Part shown: in pieces, positions 58,766-64,000 of the stretch | How the letters are laid out: each line of letters starts with the position of its first letter | Numbering within the stretch: position 1 is the first letter of the stretch | Assembly (NCBI RefSeq): GCF_032191835.1 | Contig: NC_083223.1 | Span: 140,554,001 to 140,618,000, forward strand | Origin: Heteronotia binoei | Taxonomy: Eukaryota | Direction: 5' to 3' | DNA: 64,000 bases | Program-made: the position numbers and the translations under genes | The notes under the pieces: generated by a model | The model's input: only the letters and a program-made list of their open reading frames with translations | What the model was told of the DNA's origin: nothing | The model's database searches: none

Positions 58766-59789
58766 CTTTTCCAACAAAGAGACCGAGCAAGCAACGTGCG
58801 CGCAGCACTCGAATGACGCTATGCTCTCTGCGTAACCCCGCCTGTCAAAATGGCGCCTGGCGGAAGACTGAAAGGGAAGGGCGGGAATGACCAAGGAAAG
58901 TAGCGCATAGGAGCTATGATGTAGAAGAAAAAGAACCAATTCAGAGTCCCGTTACAATTTTGTTGGTTCCGGTTTTGCTACTGACTGGTCGTGCAAATGA
59001 GAATTTCGCCCCCGTTGCATAGCAACCAGAGAGACAGGTCATACGCTGCGTATGACAAATATGAGCTAGGGGCGATTCTAGAAAATGCTGGAGACGGAGG
59101 AGGCGTGGTTCCGCCGGAGGAAAGCGCCGGAACTCGTTAAAGGGGGGGGGGGGTTAATAACGTCAATAGTCCTCCCCCCCGCTTTTCAGTGTTTCAAAGA
59201 AAAATCCACTTTATGTTTTCTCACATTGATTACTATTGGGTGACGTTTGAACTAAATCCCCAGGGGGGTATCAGCAAGCCCACCTTCTTGTGGCTTCTTG
59301 AAAGGAAACAGCCCTTGAGGTTTTTTTATTATACATTAGGCAGTCGTGGGCTACAAGTCCTTAAAAGGGGAATGTTGCGCAGGCATTTTTTTTCTTACAA
59401 TGTTGGAAGATACTCGTGACCTACACGAGGGGGAAAAAACGGAGCCGTGACAATAAAAGGCTGCGCCGGATATGCTTGCAATCTCAGCGAGTTTCCCATC
59501 AATCTGGAGTAGCTATTGGCTGAATAGAACTGCCCTAAGAAGAAAGAGGGTGGATCCATGTGAAGTGACCAATCAGAGGCAGGGATACAACCGCGGGGAA
59601 CTTTGCTAGCGCCATTTTTGTACAGGGCTGCAATTCTATTTCTTTCGTGGCAAGTATGGACATTGAAGTATTGGATACATCGAAGAATTTTGTTCCCTTA
59701 GGAAAGATGGTGTTCTATAGCGTCTTGTAATTGCGCTGCAGATCTTGGCGATTACCGTCCTCCTGGTGGGATACGGCCACCCTGGTAGG
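58766..59789. promoter_or_regulatory. Bidirectional TCP1/MRPL18 CpG-island promoter
   Basis: CpG-rich region between divergent ATGs (58765 and 59790). YY1-like CAAAATGGCG near 58846, X-box-like GTTGCATAGCAAC 59014-59026, HSE-like TTCTAGAA 59076-59083, CCAAT near 59570. Confidence 0.75.
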
Positions 59790-59856
59790 ATGGCACTGAG
59801 AAGATGGACTTCGCAGCTGGGGACAGCAGCTAAGGGATTCCTGAGAGCTGGTCAAG
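59790..59856 (+). CDS. MRPL18: Probable first coding exon of mitochondrial ribosomal protein L18 (MALRRWTSQLGTAAKGFLRAGQ|gtacag); rest of gene beyond window
   Basis: MALR start with an Arg-rich, acid-free presequence character, a phase-1 donor, and a position divergent from TCP1 as in mammals. The conserved NRNPRNLE exon was not found in the window, so the call leans on synteny. Confidence 0.55.
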
Positions 59857-60007
59857 GTACAGAGCCCTGGGAGTGTGGGTTGACTGCAAAAACGCACGAA
59901 ACTGCTGAGAAATTCTGAGAGAGTGAGTCCAGTTCAAGGAAGTGGGAGGTTGTGCCTTTTACAACTGTGTTCTAAACTCATTGACTCGGGAACTAACTTA
60001 ATTGACT

Positions 60008-60105
60008 TACAGAACAAAGTTTGAATCCAGTGGCACTTTTAAGATCAACAAAGTTTAATTCTGGGTATAAGCTTTCGTATGCACGCACACGTCTTCAGAT
60101 ACAAG
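60008..60105 (-). mobile_element. Penelope-like terminal repeat with minimal hammerhead motif (60065-60102)
   Basis: Minus strand reads GTAT CTGAAGA C GTGTG-CGTG-CATAC GAAA GC TT ATAC. Confidence 0.75.
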
Positions 60106-60454
60106 GTCGAATTCATTTTAAAGTAAGCCCTGGTTCACATATGCAGGAGAACAAAGGGCTATGATAAATTGGATTGAACAGCTTCGGGCTATAGTTTGTG
60201 GATTTCAATTCAGATTTTTAAAAGATAGGGGAGATCATTATATATAGAAAAGGGCAAGACTCCAGTAGCACCTTAGAGACTAACACAATTTGAGAGCAAT
60301 CCTTAGCAGGTCTACTCAGCAAACTACTGACACTTATTCAATGGAGCTTAAGTCTCAGAAAGTGTCCTTAGGATTGCACTGAATGTCTGGTTTATAGTCA
60401 CTCAGCTAGCAAGGAAGGATTTGAACCTGGATCTCCCTAGTTGGATAAGGCCAT

Positions 60455-61125
60455 GTTGGATCAGGCCAGTGGCCCATCCCGTCCAACACTCTGTGTCACA
60501 CAGTGGCAAAAAAACCCAAAACACCAAGTGCCATCAGGAGGTTCACAAGCAGGGCTAGAACCCCTTCCACTTTGCCCCCCCCCCAAAAAAAAAGCATGAC
60601 GAATACAGAATATCACTGCCCAGACAATGCCAATAAAATGCTGTGGCTAATAGCCGCTGATGGACCTCTGCTCCATATTTTTAAACAGTCTCCTCTGGAA
60701 GCTGGCTATGCTTGTAGCCACCACCACCACATGTGAATTCTACCCTTTGGGTGAAGAAGTACTTCCTTTTATCCGTTCTAACCCAACTGCTCAGCAATTT
60801 CATTGAATGCCCACTAGTTCTTGTATTGTGAGAAAGGGAGAAAAGTACAGTACTTCTTTCTCTACTTTCTCCATCCCATGCATAATCTTGTAAACCTCTA
60901 TCATGTCACCCTGCAGTGGACATTTCTCCAAGCTAAAGAGCCCCAAGCATTTTAACCTTTCTTCATAGGGAAAGTGTTCCAAACCTTTAATGATTCTAGT
61001 TGCCCTTTTCTGGACTTTTTCCAATGATATAATATCCTTTTTGAGGTGCGGTGACCAGAATTGTACACAGTATTCCAAATGAGACCGCACCATCGATTTA
61101 TACAGGGGTATTGACTCTAACCACT
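60455..61125 (-). mobile_element. CR1 LINE 3' fragment
   Basis: ORF 60800-61129 is nearly identical to the 15731-16591 CR1 protein. Confidence 0.9.
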
Positions 61126-61559
61126 GCATAACATAGAGTCTTCTAATGTTACTTTAAAATTTTCTCCAGAACACAAAATGTGATTTACCAAATGTGGTTT
61201 TATAATTTAAAAAAAAATTGCTTTTGTATTTGGATTTTGCTATGCACCAATGTGGTTACCTGCTTTTTCCCCTGTAGTAAACAGGGGCACATTGTAAACA
61301 AGCCTCATCAAAGAGAATCATGTGGCTAAGACTGTAAGGATGTCAAGATCAACAGACCATCTTAAAATATGTTATTCAGATACAGTCCACTTGAGTACAA
61401 TAGAATGAACATATAAACTCTGGTTGGCAGAGTTTCTGTGGGAAACTCTGGCAACTCTCCATCTCTCCGATTAACAATAGACTGTAGATTGTTTTAATTT
61501 TGCATTTGTTGGTGAATGCAGCTACATTTCTGCAGAACTGTCTTTATAATGTAAGCTGT

Positions 61560-64000
61560 ATACTTTGTTCAGTCGCACAGTCGAGTCGGACTCTTTGCAA
61601 CCCCATGGACAAAGTCATGCCAGGCTTTCCTGTCTTCCACCAACCTTTGAAGTCTGCTCAAATTGGTGTTAGTTACATCAGTAATGCTGTCCAGCCATCT
61701 CATCTTTTGCTGTCCCCTTCTTCTTTTGCCTTCTGTCTTTCCCAGCATCAGGATCTTCTCCAGTGAGTGCTCCCTTCTCATTTGGTGGCCGAAGTATTTG
61801 AGTTTCAGCTTCAGCATCTGACCTTCCAGGAAACAATCAGGATTGATTTCCCGTAGGACTGACTGATTTGATCTTCTTGCAGTCCAAGGGACTCTCAAGA
61901 TTCTTCTCCAGCACCACAGCTCAAAAGCATCTATTCTTCTGCACTCAGCGTTTTTTGTGGTCCAGCTCTCACAGCCATACATTACTACTGGGAATACCAT
62001 CGCTTTGACTATACAGACTTTAGTTGGCAGGTTAATGTCTCTGCTTTTTATTATACTGCTCAGGTTCGCCATTGCTGTCCTCCCAAGGAGCAAACGTCTT
62101 TTAATTTCATGATTACAGTCACCATCTGCAGTGATCTTAGATCCCAGAAATGTGAAGTCTGTCACAACTTCCATGTCTTCCCTTTCTATTTGCCAAGGTG
62201 TGATGGGGCTGGATGGCATGATCTTAGTTTTTGTAATGTTGAGTTTCAAGCCTACATTTGTGCTCTCACCCTCAACAAGAGGTTCTTTAGGTCCTCTTCA
62301 CTTCCTGCCATTAGAGTGGTATCATCCGCATATCTGAGTTGTTGATGTTTTTCCCGGCAATCTTAATTCCAGCTTGTGCTTCATCCAGGCCAGCATTCTG
62401 CATTATGTACTCTGCATATAAATTAAATAAGCAGGGTGACAATATACATCCTTATCGAACTCCTTTTCCTATTCTAAACCAATCAGTTGCTCCATATCCC
62501 GTTCTGACAGTTGCTTCATGGCCCTAATACAGGTTTCTCAGAAGACATATGAGATGGTCTAGTACTCCCATCTCTTTAAGGACTTGCCACAGTTTGTTGC
62601 AATCCACACAATCAAAGGCTTTTGCATAGTCAATGAAACAGAAATAGACGTTTTTCTGGTACTCCCGTTCTTTCTTTATAATCCAGCAAATGTTGGCAAT
62701 TTGATCTCTAGTTCCTCTACCTCTCCGAAACCCAGCTTGAACTTCTGGTAGTTCCCGATCTACATACTGCTACAGCCTAGCTTGTAGGATCTTTAACATG
62801 ACCTTGCTGGCATGTGAAATGAGTGCAATGGTGTGATAGTTTGAACATTCCTTGGCATTACCCTTCTTTGGGATTAGAATATAAACTGACCTTTTCCAAT
62901 CCTGTGGCCACTGTTGTGTTTTCCAAATTTGCTGACATAATGTGTGCATCACTTTAACAGCATCGTCTTTTAGGACTTTCAATAGCTCAACTGGGATACC
63001 GTCATCTCCGCTCACTTTGTTGTTAGTAATGCTAAGGCCCATTTGACTTCAGGATGTCTGGTTTAAGGACAGTGATTTCACTGTAATGGTTGTCAAGGAT
63101 ATTGAGATCCTTCTTGTATAATTCTTCTTTGTATTCTTGCCACTTCTTCCTAATCTCTTCTGTATCTGTTAGGTCCCTACCGTTTTTGTCCTTTATCATG
63201 GCCATCTTTGCATGAAATGTACCCTTGATTTCGCCAATTTTCTTGAAGTGATCTCTTGTGCTTCCCATTCTGTTATTTTCCTCTATTGCTTTGCATTGTT
63301 CCTTCAGGAAGGCCTCCTTATCTCTCCTTGCTGTTCTCTGGAAATATGCATTCAGTTGGGTGAATCTTTCCTTTTCACCTTTGCCTTTCGCTTTCCTTCT
63401 TTCCTCAGCTATTTGTAAAGCCTCATTAGACAGCCACTTTGCTTTCTTGCATTTCTTTTTTTTGGGGGGGGGATGGTGCTGGTTGCTGCCTTCTGTACAG
63501 TGTCATGAACCTCTTCCCATTGTTCTTCAGGCATTTTGTCTATCCTTAAACCTGTTCTTCACCTCCACTGTATATTCATAAGGAATGTGATCAAGGTCAA
63601 ACCTGAATGGCCTAATGGCTTCCCCAGTTTTCTTCAGTTTAAGCCTGAATTTTGCAATGAATAGCTCATGATCTGAGTCGCAGTCATCTCCAGATCTTGT
63701 TTATGCTGACTGTAAGAAGCTTCTCCATCTTTGAATGCAGAGTATATAATCAATCTGATTTCTTTGTTGCCCATCAGGTGATGTCCATGCGTAGAGTCGC
63801 CTGTTAGGTTGTTGGAAGAAGGTGTTTGCTATGACCAGCTTGTTCTCTTGATAAAACCATAAGGCTTTGCCCAGCTTCATTTTGTTCTCCAAGGCCAAAC
63901 TTATCAGTTGTTCCGGTTACCTTGTGACTTCCTACTTTGGCATTCAGTCCCCTATGATGAGGACATCTTTTTTTGGTGTTCGTTCTAGAAGGTGTTGTAG
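61560..64000 (-). mobile_element. RTE-BovB LINE (frameshifted), runs off the right edge
   Basis: ORF pieces YAWTSPDGQQRNQIDYIL, ECSNYHTIALISHASKVML, FTFLGSKITADGDC and DAFELWCWRRIL; BovB 3' end ggggttgcaaagagtccgac. Confidence 0.93.

Noticed and set aside
59857-64000. MRPL18 exon 2
   Set aside because: No NRNPRNLE-like coding segment found; the region is Penelope, CR1 and BovB sequence, so exon 2 is presumably beyond the window.

Overview
Vertebrate genomic DNA from a squamate reptile. The SINE/CR1/MITE content points to a gecko-like lizard, which is an inference from the repeat families. The window holds four genes of the conserved SOD2-WTAP-ACAT2-TCP1-MRPL18 neighbourhood. (1) The 5' part of WTAP on the minus strand, running off the left edge. 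(2) A complete 9-exon ACAT2 (cytosolic thiolase, 396 aa) on the plus strand. (3) A complete 12-exon TCP1 (CCT-alpha, 559 aa) on the minus strand, tail-to-tail with ACAT2; it hosts three H/ACA snoRNA-like RNAs (SNORA20, SNORA29 and a divergent second SNORA29 copy) and one U12-type intron. (4) The probable first exon of MRPL18, divergent from TCP1. Introns and intergenic DNA are packed with L2, CR1, RTE, BovB, Penelope-like elements (with hammerhead motifs), Sauria and Squam3-like SINEs and hAT MITEs. Most notable: WTAP is head-to-head with ACAT2 with no SOD2 between them (unlike human/mouse); ACAT2/TCP1 are tail-to-tail with likely overlapping 3' ends in a reptile; there is an extra SNORA29 paralog; and a 2.6-kb L1-mobilised element with a 15-bp TSD but no ORF2 sits in ACAT2 intron 6. 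No prokaryotic-type system (CRISPR, operon) is supported. TE boundaries without TSDs are approximate; family names come from recognition, not database searches.
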